A stretch of 64,000 nucleotides of DNA from a virus, in the IMG/VR virus record IMGVR_UViG_3300031758_000006; one strand, 5' to 3'. The notes below the pieces were generated by a model. It did not search any database. It had not been told where the DNA came from and saw only the letters and a list, made by a program, of their open reading frames with translations. Both the position numbers and the translations under genes were made by a program. The first letter of the stretch is position 1, and each line of letters starts with the position of its first letter. Positions 27,732 to 37,981 of the stretch are shown here, piece after piece.

Positions 27732-27907
27732 TTTTTAATTTTCTTAAACCTCTCGTCATATTCTTTCGTACCATATGTTGCCATATTCCAAGTGGTATAG
27801 AAATATGGATTCTTCATCGGACGATCGGATGACTCTCGTAATTCTTTGCGAAATTTTTCTGATTGTTCTTTGGTGTAATTAAAATCAAAAATCTTATTAG
27901 TGTCCAT
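27728..27907 (-). CDS. hypothetical protein
   Basis: Start reassigned to MDTNKIF behind a host-type promoter. Confidence 0.55.
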   Translation of the reverse strand: MDTNKIFDFNYTKEQSEKFRKELRESSDRPMKNPYFYTTWNMATYGTKEYDERFKKIKK

Positions 27908-27926
27908 TTTGTTTGGTTTTGTTCTA

Positions 27927-27957
27927 CAAATATACAATAAATATTTTAATATACAAA
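27927..27957 (-). promoter_or_regulatory. Bacteroidota sigmaA promoter TTTG-N19-TATATTTG
   Basis: Exact consensus boxes. Confidence 0.7.
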
Positions 27958-28009
27958 AAAAATACCATGAAACTTTCACCATGACCCAATCTTTTTTTTA
28001 CTAAAGTAA

Positions 28010-28036
28010 AAACCCCCATTTTAGGTGGGGGTTTTC
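28010..28036 (-). terminator. CCCCCA/TGGGGG hairpin, dispersed family
   Basis: aaaacccccattttaggtgggggtttt, identical core to 27037; downstream of 28055..31273. Confidence 0.75.
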
Positions 28037-28054
28037 TTTTTAAGTTAATTATTT

Positions 28055-31000
28055 TTAACTGAAGTCATACACACTAAATGTGTCAACTAATGATCCACCA
28101 CCAACTCCAGCTTCTAAATTAGCTGTAACGGTAAACAAGTATTCTTGTAAAGGTGGTGTTGTAGTTGTTGGACATGATCCACACCATCCTGAAGTCGTAT
28201 TAACTCCAGTCACACAATCTGTAGGGTTTATGGTTCCAGTACCACTTGCGGTAATGGAAATTCCAGCGTTTATATTTGGTAGTATTGCTGGGTTTATGTT
28301 TGTAACATTCCAAACCAAGTACCAACCATTTGGTCCTGATCCAGGTATTCCAACTTTCTCACAAGTCACGCCGTAATTTATAACATCTGACTTATCTAAT
28401 CCATTAGTCATTGTCCAAATAAATCCTGGATTTTTGTTTTGACATCCACCAGGAGTACACCATGGATTAGCTGGTGCACAAGACCCACTTCTATAAAATG
28501 GTGTTAACATTAGTACACCCGTAGCCGGTAATATTTGTAGTTGTTGTGAAGTCGCGTTTATTGCGTTTGGTTGTATACACTCAAAATATAGTGGGTTTGT
28601 TGGTGGTACAATAATAGTGTTTGTATCTCTTTCAAATATTGTTATTTCTGGTCCAGTTAAAAGTCCATTAGAATCAATGTCTTTGGTCACTAACTTCACC
28701 CACCTTTCATCCACTGTTGGGTTAACTAGGAACCATTTGTACCAATACTTTAATCGTCGATAAACAAATCTATCGGTTACTGTTCCGTTACTTTGTGTTA
28801 TTTGATTATAATTACAATTATTTATATTAGTTGGTGTTTGTTGTAAATTCATATACGATGAAAAATCACAAACTTCACCACTTAGTGCTGGTAGTGGAGT
28901 TGTCCCACTGAAAGCGTGTAAGGTTTGACTATATTTTAATATTTCAACACTATAATATGGGTCACCATAACAATGTGGACTTGAAAGAGTATTACCACTT
29001 AGTGTTGGTGCTGTTGGTCCACTTTCGGTAAATACCGCACATGCGTAAAAAGCTCTATAATTTTTGTAAGTATAACATGGTGAAATGAACCTATCATTAC
29101 TTGTCCAGTCTAATATTGGACAAGTATTGTTTATAATATCAGTAAATGGGTCCACTGTTGGATTATAAGCTCTCTGTGCAAATGAATTAGCTGTATTTAA
29201 TAATTGATTTACGTTTGCTGACATACAGGTTCCACACCCATTAAATGGTGGTACATATTGATTCGTTATCGTTTGCCAAGTCCAAACAATTGTATTTGGA
29301 TTCGATGTATCCATAACCGCGGTTGGGTGTATGTATATTTGACTGTAGAACTCAACATTATCACCACAAGCGGTATTTGGTCCGGAATTAACAACTGACC
29401 CAAACCCTAATGGAACAGCCATTTTTATCCATCTATAATATTTAGCTTGTTGTGGTGTTGGTATTCCAGATGGTCCTTGGAAAGCTCCAACCCAATAAAA
29501 ATTAACAGCGTTAGTCCAGTTGGTAATGTAGTTAGTTCTATCGATTGATGAATTTGGATTTGATCCAAATTCGAGTACAATCGTACTTGTGTTAGTTAAT
29601 GAGTTAAAGTCTTTAGTGTATCTGATTGATCTATCAAATTGTGTTGATTGTCCAGTACAGTGCTGTGTTTGACTTCCGGTACAATTCCAACAACCTGGAG
29701 GGACTAAATTTTGTATATAGTATCCATTATTCCCACCTAAATCTTGCCAACCTTCATTTGGACATGTTTGATTAGCTGTAAAGGTACATGATGGTAATAT
29801 TGGGTCACAAGGTGAACAACTCCAGTCATTACCACCACCCAGATATTGATTAGAATATGTATGTGCACTTGTAATTCCTGTTGGTAACCAATTTTGTGTA
29901 CCCAAGAATGGTATGTTTGAGTTTAAATACACTATTGGGTCAAAGTTTGTTTCAACACAATTTCTAACCGGTTTAAAAGTTATTTGAGTATCATCATATA
30001 AACATTGTTGTACTGGACTACAACTGGTACATAGTTGATCTTCGGTATATGTTAATTTAAAATTATCCGCACATATTTTGTACTCATCATTAACATTATC
30101 ACACAATAAACAATCAAAGTCATCTAAACAAGTATAATATAAATCCCAGTTTGTTTGTGTACTGGTTTGACTTACGTTTGGTGTTATTTTGAATTCAAAG
30201 AAATCTGTAGTTGGGTCTATCGTTAATCCACTTATTGGTATTACTTTTCTAAAGTAATTTGTTGTACTCATATTTATGTACTTGGGTGTTGTATTTGGAT
30301 TGTTTAATCCAATATTCTGGTAATTCCCAACATAAATATCTTCAAGTGTTATCGGACTAAATGAATAATTTGAACCAAAAAATCTAACGGTTAATCTATC
30401 GGCAACCAATTCGGTTTTGAAAGCGAAAGCTATATATTTTGTAGATGCGTCTGGTGTTAAATATTGATACCCAATTGGTGCAGCTGGTGCGGTCGAAGCG
30501 AAACTACTTTGTAATTTTCTATATGTATAATATTCTGGGTAGTTTGATGTTGGGTCTGTTGTCTGACATGAAGCACCTAAAACTGTAAATTCAGGTACTA
30601 ATCCGGTTAAACATTCAAAGTTGTCACTAACTATTCCAACTGAATTAACCCCTTCATAACCATTTCTAATAAAATTAATATTGTTAATTCTAATAGCCAC
30701 AACTATTGGTGTATATTGACCTGGAGGGACGGTAGCTGAAGCAGCTCCGGTTAATGGGTGGGTATAATTTGAACTTGCGTTTCCTGGTCCTAATGGGTTC
30801 GGTAATAAAAATAGGTTTATTGATGAAGAACTTGGTCCGGTGGATATAAAAGATAAGACATTATTTTGGTCATACCAATAAACAACATAAGCGTCTAAAG
30901 TACATGGTTCTGTTGAACCGGAAACCGGGACTGTTATTAAATTCCCAACGGAAATTGTACCAATACCACTTTGTGTGACGTTAGTAAAAGAAAAATCACA

Positions 31001-31273
31001 ATTATCACAGAAGTTAAATGTCGTTGCCGAAAGATCGGTATAACAGTTTACTGGTGACGTTCCATTTGTTTCGATTATCCTAAATACACTAACATTTGTT
31101 GGTGAATTAACTGTGTATGGACAGTTAGCACCTGTTAAGTTACTAACATTTATTGGTCCAGCCAACAAGGTACCATTACTTGGTGGTGGTCCTGTTGGGT
31201 CCGCGTAAATGAAGAATCCTGTTGATCCATATCCCGGTGGAATTGTCGTTAAACATATTTGATATACTGGCAT
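28055..31273 (-). CDS. large Cys/Thr/Asn-rich protein, probable virion fibre/adhesin
   Basis: 1072 aa, many Cys pairs, beta-rich low-charge composition. Confidence 0.6.
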   Translation of the reverse strand: MPVYQICLTTIPPGYGSTGFFIYADPTGPPPSNGTLLAGPINVSNLTGANCPYTVNSPTNVSVFRIIETNGTSPVNCYTDLSATTFNFCDNCDFSFTNVTQSGIGTISVGNLITVPVSGSTEPCTLDAYVVYWYDQNNVLSFISTGPSSSSINLFLLPNPLGPGNASSNYTHPLTGAASATVPPGQYTPIVVAIRINNINFIRNGYEGVNSVGIVSDNFECLTGLVPEFTVLGASCQTTDPTSNYPEYYTYRKLQSSFASTAPAAPIGYQYLTPDASTKYIAFAFKTELVADRLTVRFFGSNYSFSPITLEDIYVGNYQNIGLNNPNTTPKYINMSTTNYFRKVIPISGLTIDPTTDFFEFKITPNVSQTSTQTNWDLYYTCLDDFDCLLCDNVNDEYKICADNFKLTYTEDQLCTSCSPVQQCLYDDTQITFKPVRNCVETNFDPIVYLNSNIPFLGTQNWLPTGITSAHTYSNQYLGGGNDWSCSPCDPILPSCTFTANQTCPNEGWQDLGGNNGYYIQNLVPPGCWNCTGSQTQHCTGQSTQFDRSIRYTKDFNSLTNTSTIVLEFGSNPNSSIDRTNYITNWTNAVNFYWVGAFQGPSGIPTPQQAKYYRWIKMAVPLGFGSVVNSGPNTACGDNVEFYSQIYIHPTAVMDTSNPNTIVWTWQTITNQYVPPFNGCGTCMSANVNQLLNTANSFAQRAYNPTVDPFTDIINNTCPILDWTSNDRFISPCYTYKNYRAFYACAVFTESGPTAPTLSGNTLSSPHCYGDPYYSVEILKYSQTLHAFSGTTPLPALSGEVCDFSSYMNLQQTPTNINNCNYNQITQSNGTVTDRFVYRRLKYWYKWFLVNPTVDERWVKLVTKDIDSNGLLTGPEITIFERDTNTIIVPPTNPLYFECIQPNAINATSQQLQILPATGVLMLTPFYRSGSCAPANPWCTPGGCQNKNPGFIWTMTNGLDKSDVINYGVTCEKVGIPGSGPNGWYLVWNVTNINPAILPNINAGISITASGTGTINPTDCVTGVNTTSGWCGSCPTTTTPPLQEYLFTVTANLEAGVGGGSLVDTFSVYDFS

Positions 31274-31306
31274 TTTTTTTTGTTTTACCTTTTTATTTTA
31301 TTTTTA

Positions 31307-34300
31307 TTATATTGATTCAAATCTACTGAATAATGTAAATTTAGCACATGTAGGTGTAGGTGTTGGTGTAGGTGCTGGTGTTGCTGATGGTGTTGGTGGA
31401 GGTGGTACTTGAGCGATCGCTCCGTCTAATTCACCACCACAAGCTATTGCAACAGGTACTGGGGTTTTCGAAGGTGTTGGTGTTATTGTTGGTGTCGGTG
31501 TCATAGTTGGTGTTTGTGTTGGTGTTGGTGTTAATTTAACCTCCTTAATTTTTTGTATTGTCATCCTACAATAGTCACCAGAATTATACACATAGTTACT
31601 TCCGGTTGTATTTGTTAATTTTAAACAAAGTTGTTGACCTTGATATATAAATACGTTAACTTGTGAACCATTGATTTCAAAGTATTGACTATCGTCTGAA
31701 ATATACCTGTGTTCACCAGCGTAAATAATATCATTTATAGGATCCACAATTCCAGCTGACATCATTCCGTTGTATATTTCAGAATTTGGTGTACATGGTA
31801 TTGTTTCACCAGATAAACATATTTGACAGTTACCTGGTACTGAGAATTGGTTACCACAAGCGAAGCAAGTGTAACAACTATCTAATGGTCCAATAAATAC
31901 CCAGTCACCAATACCTGATGGTTGTCCGTTTGGATTTATTGTCACGTTTTGACTTAACGGTACCGGTAAATCAAATGGTAATTCCATGTATATGGTGTTA
32001 TTTGTAACGTCCTCAACAACCCATCTAATTAGTACTGGGTCCCAATAAATTAAAATGTCAAAACCTGCACATCCAGATGGGCAATTTCCACCCGCTAGTG
32101 TTGTTCCAGAATAAGATGGTCTACCATTTATCGGCGTGTTAGTTAAATAAAAATTACTACCGTAATTCACAGATACTCCACCACCAAGAGGACATTCCCC
32201 AAAGAATCTAATACATTGTGGTGTTACCACCGGTTCTAATGGTGGTGTTATAATTACAGTTTTTGCTGGTTTTGGAGCTAAGTCTATTAATTCATATCCA
32301 TCTGGACAAATACCACAAGTTGTTTTAACACCGTTATCTAGAACTACATTAGCTGAACTAGTTATGACATAATCATTAATTATTGGTAATCCATTTGTAT
32401 TTGAGTTAAGGAAGTAATATGTTGGGTCGTTTGATACTGGATTTGGGTTACTATATATTTCATAAGCTAGGACGCCCTCTCCGGATCTATTAACCCCACA
32501 GATTTTAATTGTGTTTATTTGACCACCAATTAATGTGATGGGATATACATTCCAAAATGTATAATTCAATGGTTGTGATGGATTTAAAGTTTGATCTAAT
32601 ATCAATGTACCATTCAATGTTATTTTTGTAGCGTCTGAACAAACCCCAATAAAATATGTTTGTGTTTCTGGGACAAACAATGATTCACATCTACACAATT
32701 CACCCTCATAGTTTAAATTATTTTCAGCCCATATACCAATATCCCAAGCTCTTCGTCTCCAAAATCTAAGTAATGGACTAACTTGTATCATAGGTTGAGT
32801 ACCGGTACTGGAACAAACTTCCAAATCACTATAATTTTGATTACATTGTTGTGGTAATAAAGAGTATGTTGAGGTACATCCAAAATTAAACATAGTTGAT
32901 GGTCCAGTTCCATCTAATAAAAATGTTGGTTGGAATACTGCCACACCCTCTTTACATAATAATGGGTTAAATGGTAAATTGTTATCACATAGTAAACTAC
33001 TATATAATTCTAAGTTTTGTGTTTGTCCGCTACCTGCTGGTACCGTTACCCCAGAATAACACAATCCATTTGGTAATGGTTGATACCCTGGAGGACAATC
33101 ACATCCTTCGGTTGGTATTTTTGTAGCGTGTACCTGGAAACTAATATTATATAGTGAACTTTGTGGACATGTCCAAATACCAGTGACTGGATCGTAAGTA
33201 TTCGCTGGGAATAGAGTTTCCCAATCATCATATTGTTGTGAAGTTATTACCGGTAATTGTATTGTACCATCAAAAATTGTTCCAGATGGTACACTTGGGA
33301 TAATAGCTGGTGTGTCGATTGATACAGCCTCACCCATAGCTGCTATTAAAAATATGTTGTTTGTATTTCCGGTAACAACGAAGTTATCTGAGTCTAAACC
33401 TAAGTTAGCAACATCTTGGTTGTTTGGAATATCAGTAATTCGTAATTTTGGTGTAAATACTGAATCGTCTGTGTTAATATTTGAACTGGATAATATCTGT
33501 CCTAAATCAGTTAATCCGTTTAATGATTGGGTGTTAATTAAGTCCCCACCAACAATTACTGATCTTTGTGAAGAGTTGTTTGGTATAACCGCATTAATTG
33601 ATATAACACTAGATCCATCGTTCCCGGATAAAATTTGATTTGTTGTACCAAGAATAGATGATAAGTTTGACCCAGCAAAGTTTGAAGCTCCACCAAGAAT
33701 AGTTGTAAAAGCTGAATCGGTAAAGTTTTTATCCCCACCAAATATTGTTGACCCATTTTGTGAAATACTGTTGTTGGTACCACCAAAAATTACAGATCCA
33801 CATGAATCACCACCAATTTGGTTGTTGGATCCTCCACCAATGTAGTTAACCGATCCTTTAGTAACGTTTTGACAACCACCGAGTAATGTATTTCTATTAA
33901 AGTATGATCTATTCTCAGTTCCACCACCAATTGACGACATTCCAGTTCCTAAACTGGTTAGGTTGGAAGCTCCACCTAGGATAACAGAACACGCGTTCTC
34001 AATTAAATTTGTTTGTCCACCTAGAATTGATGAACCCACACTATCAGTGATGATGTTTCCAGTTCCACCACCAATTGAGTTGTCACAAACTTTCTTACTT
34101 GCAATCAAGTTAATGTAATTGTCGGTACCACCCAGAACTACCGAGTAATTACCAATCAATTTATTTCCCCAACCACCAGCAATTGTTGATCCATCTGACA
34201 TATCACTAGTAGAGTTTATGTTACCGATTGTGTTTAAATCACCACCACCAATACTTGAAAATATACCTTGTACTTTGTTTTCTTTACCACCGATTATACT

Positions 34301-34642
34301 AGAACATGGTTTGTAAATTACATTTTTAAATCCTCCACCTATCGATGACCTATTTGTTTTAATACTTTGATTGTATGTGAATATTAAGTTACCGTATCCA
34401 CCAATAATTGATGATTGACATGAATTATCAATTTTATTAGACGAACCACCTACTATTGTTGATCCACAGGAATCCAATTTTGTGGTTGATGAGTCTGGTC
34501 CAACAATAGTGTTTAACCTACCACCGAACACAGTTGAATACTGTGATCCAGCTAAATTACCAAGAGCACATCTAACTGTTGATGTTTGTCCACCACCCAA
34601 AAACTGGTTGTCCTGAATTATAATTTCTGTTATTACTGCCAT
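31307..34642 (-). CDS. large fibre/adhesin-like protein with GG-x-x-N beta-helix repeats and a PT-rich tail
   Basis: About 20 repeats like S(I/V)xGGxxN in the first 400 aa; CPPGY/CPDGY motifs; TPTPT repeats; start at MAVITE after TATTTAT at 34661-34667. Confidence 0.7.
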   Translation of the reverse strand: MAVITEIIIQDNQFLGGGQTSTVRCALGNLAGSQYSTVFGGRLNTIVGPDSSTTKLDSCGSTIVGGSSNKIDNSCQSSIIGGYGNLIFTYNQSIKTNRSSIGGGFKNVIYKPCSSIIGGKENKVQGIFSSIGGGDLNTIGNINSTSDMSDGSTIAGGWGNKLIGNYSVVLGGTDNYINLIASKKVCDNSIGGGTGNIITDSVGSSILGGQTNLIENACSVILGGASNLTSLGTGMSSIGGGTENRSYFNRNTLLGGCQNVTKGSVNYIGGGSNNQIGGDSCGSVIFGGTNNSISQNGSTIFGGDKNFTDSAFTTILGGASNFAGSNLSSILGTTNQILSGNDGSSVISINAVIPNNSSQRSVIVGGDLINTQSLNGLTDLGQILSSSNINTDDSVFTPKLRITDIPNNQDVANLGLDSDNFVVTGNTNNIFLIAAMGEAVSIDTPAIIPSVPSGTIFDGTIQLPVITSQQYDDWETLFPANTYDPVTGIWTCPQSSLYNISFQVHATKIPTEGCDCPPGYQPLPNGLCYSGVTVPAGSGQTQNLELYSSLLCDNNLPFNPLLCKEGVAVFQPTFLLDGTGPSTMFNFGCTSTYSLLPQQCNQNYSDLEVCSSTGTQPMIQVSPLLRFWRRRAWDIGIWAENNLNYEGELCRCESLFVPETQTYFIGVCSDATKITLNGTLILDQTLNPSQPLNYTFWNVYPITLIGGQINTIKICGVNRSGEGVLAYEIYSNPNPVSNDPTYYFLNSNTNGLPIINDYVITSSANVVLDNGVKTTCGICPDGYELIDLAPKPAKTVIITPPLEPVVTPQCIRFFGECPLGGGVSVNYGSNFYLTNTPINGRPSYSGTTLAGGNCPSGCAGFDILIYWDPVLIRWVVEDVTNNTIYMELPFDLPVPLSQNVTINPNGQPSGIGDWVFIGPLDSCYTCFACGNQFSVPGNCQICLSGETIPCTPNSEIYNGMMSAGIVDPINDIIYAGEHRYISDDSQYFEINGSQVNVFIYQGQQLCLKLTNTTGSNYVYNSGDYCRMTIQKIKEVKLTPTPTQTPTMTPTPTITPTPSKTPVPVAIACGGELDGAIAQVPPPPTPSATPAPTPTPTPTCAKFTLFSRFESI

Positions 34643-34688
34643 AATGTATTTTCTTTTCAAATAAATATTATGTAATTGGTAAAAAATT

Positions 34689-34720
34689 AAAAACCCCCAC
34701 AAATAATGTGAGGGTTTTTT
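34689..34720 (-). terminator. intrinsic terminator closing the 34882..35367 transcript
   Basis: Minus strand AAAAAACCCUCAC-AUUAUUU-GUGGGGGUUUUU; a G-U wobble works only on the minus strand. Confidence 0.75.
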
Positions 34721-34723
34721 ATA

Positions 34724-34878
34724 TGTCGTTATTAAATTGGTTATATAGTATGAATGATTGTTAAATTTTGACTAAAAAACTTTTGAACTTCATGAATTTT
34801 GTACTTTGAGTGCCTAATCAATATCTAACCATCGATTAACAAGTTGTAGAATTTAATATAACCATTTAATTAACGACA
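34724..34878 (-). ncRNA. candidate structured RNA (three nested helices) in the 3' region of the coiled-coil gene
   Basis: 34856-34878 pairs with 34724-34746 (22 bp, 2 bulges); 34836-34842 with 34758-34764; 34814-34821 with 34768-34775 (2 G-U). Confidence 0.55.
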
Positions 34879-34881
34879 CAA

Positions 34882-35367
34882 TTACTCGTTAGTTTTATCT
34901 TCATCAGTTTCTGATGGTTCGAGTCCAGGTAAAGTTGTTGTTGAATTATGTTGATCCAATTCATCTTGTATTTCATCAATTCTTGCTTCAAGAAATTTAA
35001 TTTCTGAGTCCCTTTCAACTACAGAAATTTCAGATTTTTTAATCGTCGGTGAATCTGAACGTCTTCCGTAGTAGTCATCCTCTGATACACCATCAGTACA
35101 GTCCACCCCTTTTAAGTGTTTAACAATACTCTTTAATTCGGACAATAAAAATATTTTATCGTATACCTCTGAATTAGCTTTGTGGATTTCAGTTTTTAAA
35201 GCTACCAACTGGTTTACTAAATTATACTGTTGTTCCAAAAGAGCTTTGGTTGAGTACGGTCTTTGATTTGACTCAGATACGGAATTGTATCTCATCATTT
35301 TAATTTGTGTGTCGGTAATCTCACCAACCAATCGATTTTTAAGTTTTAAAGCTTGTTTAATTGTCAT
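34882..35367 (-). CDS. coiled-coil protein resembling the DIP1984/DUF6847 family
   Basis: MTIKQALKLKNRL..LKTEIHKAN..IQDELDQHNSTTTL parallels MKLAEAL..IQ..NW.TEL as I recall the family. Confidence 0.5.
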   Translation of the reverse strand: MTIKQALKLKNRLVGEITDTQIKMMRYNSVSESNQRPYSTKALLEQQYNLVNQLVALKTEIHKANSEVYDKIFLLSELKSIVKHLKGVDCTDGVSEDDYYGRRSDSPTIKKSEISVVERDSEIKFLEARIDEIQDELDQHNSTTTLPGLEPSETDEDKTNE

Positions 35368-35396
35368 GATTTTAATTTTATTAAATTATATAAATT

Positions 35397-35903
35397 TTAT
35401 TTTAATATGTCAATACCTTTTTTCAATTTTTTATAATCTTCTTTTGATATTTCCACTAAATTAATGTTGGCTTCCAAATAAGAAGTCTCCGGATTCGTAA
35501 ATACTTCAAACTTTTGGTGTTTTTTTAATTTTGTATTTTCAGATCTTGTTACAAAATTGTATTTACCACAATTATTTAAATAAAAGTCAACCAGGTCAAG
35601 TTCACCACTTTCAATTTTATCTATATTGTTCAGTAGATGTGTCGCGGCAATCTTTCTTGGGTACTCATGTTCTTTTGTTGGTGAGTAACTTTTATTTAAT
35701 CTAATTTGGTTTAGACATTCTTCGGATATTTTTCCGGTCCAATTCTCGATTGAATCGGGTAAGTAGAATATTCCAGCCCCAAACATGGTTTCCATAAATT
35801 TCTTTTGGTCGTCACTGACGTTTGGGTCTGGGTATAATTCTTTTAATGATACTAACATTCTACGTAAAACTTCGCACCGGTCTTTTAGTTTACTGATGTT
35901 CAT
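35397..35903 (-). CDS. hypothetical protein
   Basis: 168-aa ORF; EHEYP motif. Confidence 0.7.
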   Translation of the reverse strand: MNISKLKDRCEVLRRMLVSLKELYPDPNVSDDQKKFMETMFGAGIFYLPDSIENWTGKISEECLNQIRLNKSYSPTKEHEYPRKIAATHLLNNIDKIESGELDLVDFYLNNCGKYNFVTRSENTKLKKHQKFEVFTNPETSYLEANINLVEISKEDYKKLKKGIDILK

Positions 35904-36034
35904 TGTTTAATTTCCGTTTTCGTGGTGTCATTATGAACTGGGGTGACACTTCCATAAGCGTCACACCCAGATTCTTTTTTTGATTTACATGAACCAAGTA
36001 ATAAACAAACAATTGCAAATACTACTACTCTCAT
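35900..36034 (-). CDS. small lipoprotein, 44 aa ([28 protein letters not shown]...)
   Basis: Manually translated; TAATG coupling to the dnaK stop, ATGA coupling to the next gene; LGSC lipobox. Confidence 0.7.
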   Translation of the reverse strand: MRVVVFAIVCLLLGSCKSKKESGCDAYGSVTPVHNDTTKTEIKQ

Positions 36035-37887
36035 TACTTAACCTCCTCAAATTCAACGTCAGACATGTTATCGACATTGTCGGAGTTTGGTTGTTCATAA
36101 AGGTTTTGACTAACTTCCTGGAACTTAGAATTTAATTCATCCAAACCAGATTTCATTAGATCAAAATCACGTTTACTTTGAGAATCTTTTAAATTTTCCA
36201 GCAGTGTGTTCAACTCAGTTTTTTGGTCCTCAGAAATTTTGTCTTCCAAATCTTTAATTGATTTCTCACTCTGGAATATAGTTGAGTCTACTGTGTTAAT
36301 TAACTCAGCCTCTTCTCTCAACTTTCTATCCTCATCCGCGTTCATTTCAGCTTCTTGTTTCATTCTCTCAATTTCTTCTTTCGATAAACCGGAGGATGAT
36401 TCGATTCTGATTGTTTGTTGTTTATTGGTTCCCTTATCCAAAGCTGATACATTAATAATACCATTAGCGTCAATATCAAACGTTACCTCAATTTGTGGGA
36501 CACCACGAGGTGATGGTGGAATACCATCCAGGTGGAATCGTCCAATTGTTTTATTATCCTTAGCCATTGATCTCTCACCCTGTAACACATGTATCTCGAC
36601 TGATGGTTGGTTTTCAACTGCGGTTGAGAATGTTTGTGATTTTTTGGTCGGTATTGTTGTGTTGGCTTCGATTAGTTTGGTGAACACTCCACCCATTGTT
36701 TCAATACCTAATGAAAGTGGTGTTACATCTAATAATAAAACATCGTTTACATCACCAGCTAAAACACCTCCCTGGATTGCGGCACCCAAAGCTACAACCT
36801 CATCTGGGTTAACACCTTTGGATGGTTCTTTACCGAAGAAGTTCTTAACAGCTTCCTGGATTACCGGAATTCTTGTTGTACCACCAACCAGGATAATCTC
36901 ATCGATATCTGATACAGACATCTTAGCGTTTTTCAAAGCTGACTTACACGGATCGATTGTTCGTTTAACCAATGAGTCAACTAGTTGTTCAAATTTAGAT
37001 CTTGTTAGAGTCCTAACTAAGTGTTTTGGGACACCGTCAACTGGCATAATATATGGTAAGTTAATCTCCGTTGAGGATGAGGACGATAACTCAATTTTAG
37101 CTTTCTCAGCTGATTCTCTAAGTCTTTGTAAAGCCATAGGATCTTTAGCTAAATCAATACCGTTTTCATCTTTAAATTCAGATACCAACCAGTCAATGAT
37201 GGATTGGTCAAAGTCATCCCCACCAAGGTGTGTATCACCGTCTGTTGAAAGTACTTCAAACACTCCGTCACCTAATTCTAGAATTGATACATCGTGTGTT
37301 CCACCACCACAGTCAAAGACAACAACTACCATGTCTGACTTCTTTTTATCTAGACCATAAGCTAAAGCAGCTGCGGTTGGTTCGTTTATAATTCTTTTAA
37401 CCTCAAGACCAGCGATCTCACCAGCTTCTTTCGTTGCTTGACGTTGTGAGTCATTAAAGTAAGCTGGTACCGTAATTACAGCTTCAGTTACAGTTTCACC
37501 TAAGTAATCCTCAGCGGTTTGTTTCATCTTTTGTAGAATAACCGCAGATAATTCTTGTGGTGTATACATTTTACCATCAATTTCAACTCTAGGTGTGTTA
37601 TTGTCACCTTTAACTACTTTGTATGGTACTTTACCCAACTCGGACTTTGAGTCTGAGTAACTTAATCCCATAAATCTCTTGATTGAGTAAATTGTTTTAT
37701 CTGGATTAGTGACCGCTTGTCGTTTAGCTGGATCACCTACTTTACGTTCCCCATCTTTCACGAATCCAATCACCGAAGGTGTTGTTCGTTTTCCTTCATT
37801 ATTTGTGATCACGACTGGTTCATTACCTTCCATAATCGCGACACATGAGTTTGTTGTTCCTAGGTCAATACCTATAATTTTTCCCAT
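36034..37887 (-). CDS. dnaK: molecular chaperone DnaK (Hsp70)
   Basis: [57 protein letters not shown]; full length. Confidence 0.98.
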   Translation of the reverse strand: MGKIIGIDLGTTNSCVAIMEGNEPVVITNNEGKRTTPSVIGFVKDGERKVGDPAKRQAVTNPDKTIYSIKRFMGLSYSDSKSELGKVPYKVVKGDNNTPRVEIDGKMYTPQELSAVILQKMKQTAEDYLGETVTEAVITVPAYFNDSQRQATKEAGEIAGLEVKRIINEPTAAALAYGLDKKKSDMVVVVFDCGGGTHDVSILELGDGVFEVLSTDGDTHLGGDDFDQSIIDWLVSEFKDENGIDLAKDPMALQRLRESAEKAKIELSSSSSTEINLPYIMPVDGVPKHLVRTLTRSKFEQLVDSLVKRTIDPCKSALKNAKMSVSDIDEIILVGGTTRIPVIQEAVKNFFGKEPSKGVNPDEVVALGAAIQGGVLAGDVNDVLLLDVTPLSLGIETMGGVFTKLIEANTTIPTKKSQTFSTAVENQPSVEIHVLQGERSMAKDNKTIGRFHLDGIPPSPRGVPQIEVTFDIDANGIINVSALDKGTNKQQTIRIESSSGLSKEEIERMKQEAEMNADEDRKLREEAELINTVDSTIFQSEKSIKDLEDKISEDQKTELNTLLENLKDSQSKRDFDLMKSGLDELNSKFQEVSQNLYEQPNSDNVDNMSDVEFEEVK

Positions 37888-37965
37888 TGTTTTTTTTTAT
37901 TGTTATTTATTTATGATCTAAAAGATCGATTTATTTTTCCCAAAAAATATTCCAGATGAAATTAT

Positions 37966-37980
37966 CTGACATTTTGTCAG
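37966..37980. promoter_or_regulatory. perfect 6-3-6 inverted repeat CTGACA-TTT-TGTCAG upstream of dnaK
   Basis: Read directly; 78 nt upstream of the dnaK ATG. Confidence 0.45.
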
Positions 37981-37981
37981 T

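Noticed and set aside
31360-31540. ggtgtt-type repeats as a DGR or mobile repeat
   Set aside because: They encode an ordinary Pro-Thr linker, and there is no reverse transcriptase or template/variable repeat pair.
35904-36033. GC-richer gap after dnaK as a possible ncRNA
   Set aside because: It is explained by a 44-aa lipoprotein ORF coupled at both ends.
36206-37360. 384-aa plus-strand ORF antisense to dnaK, and the many shorter antisense ORFs in the track
   Set aside because: These are in-register shadows of real minus-strand genes. They are Ser/Ile/Phe-rich with no motifs or promoters.
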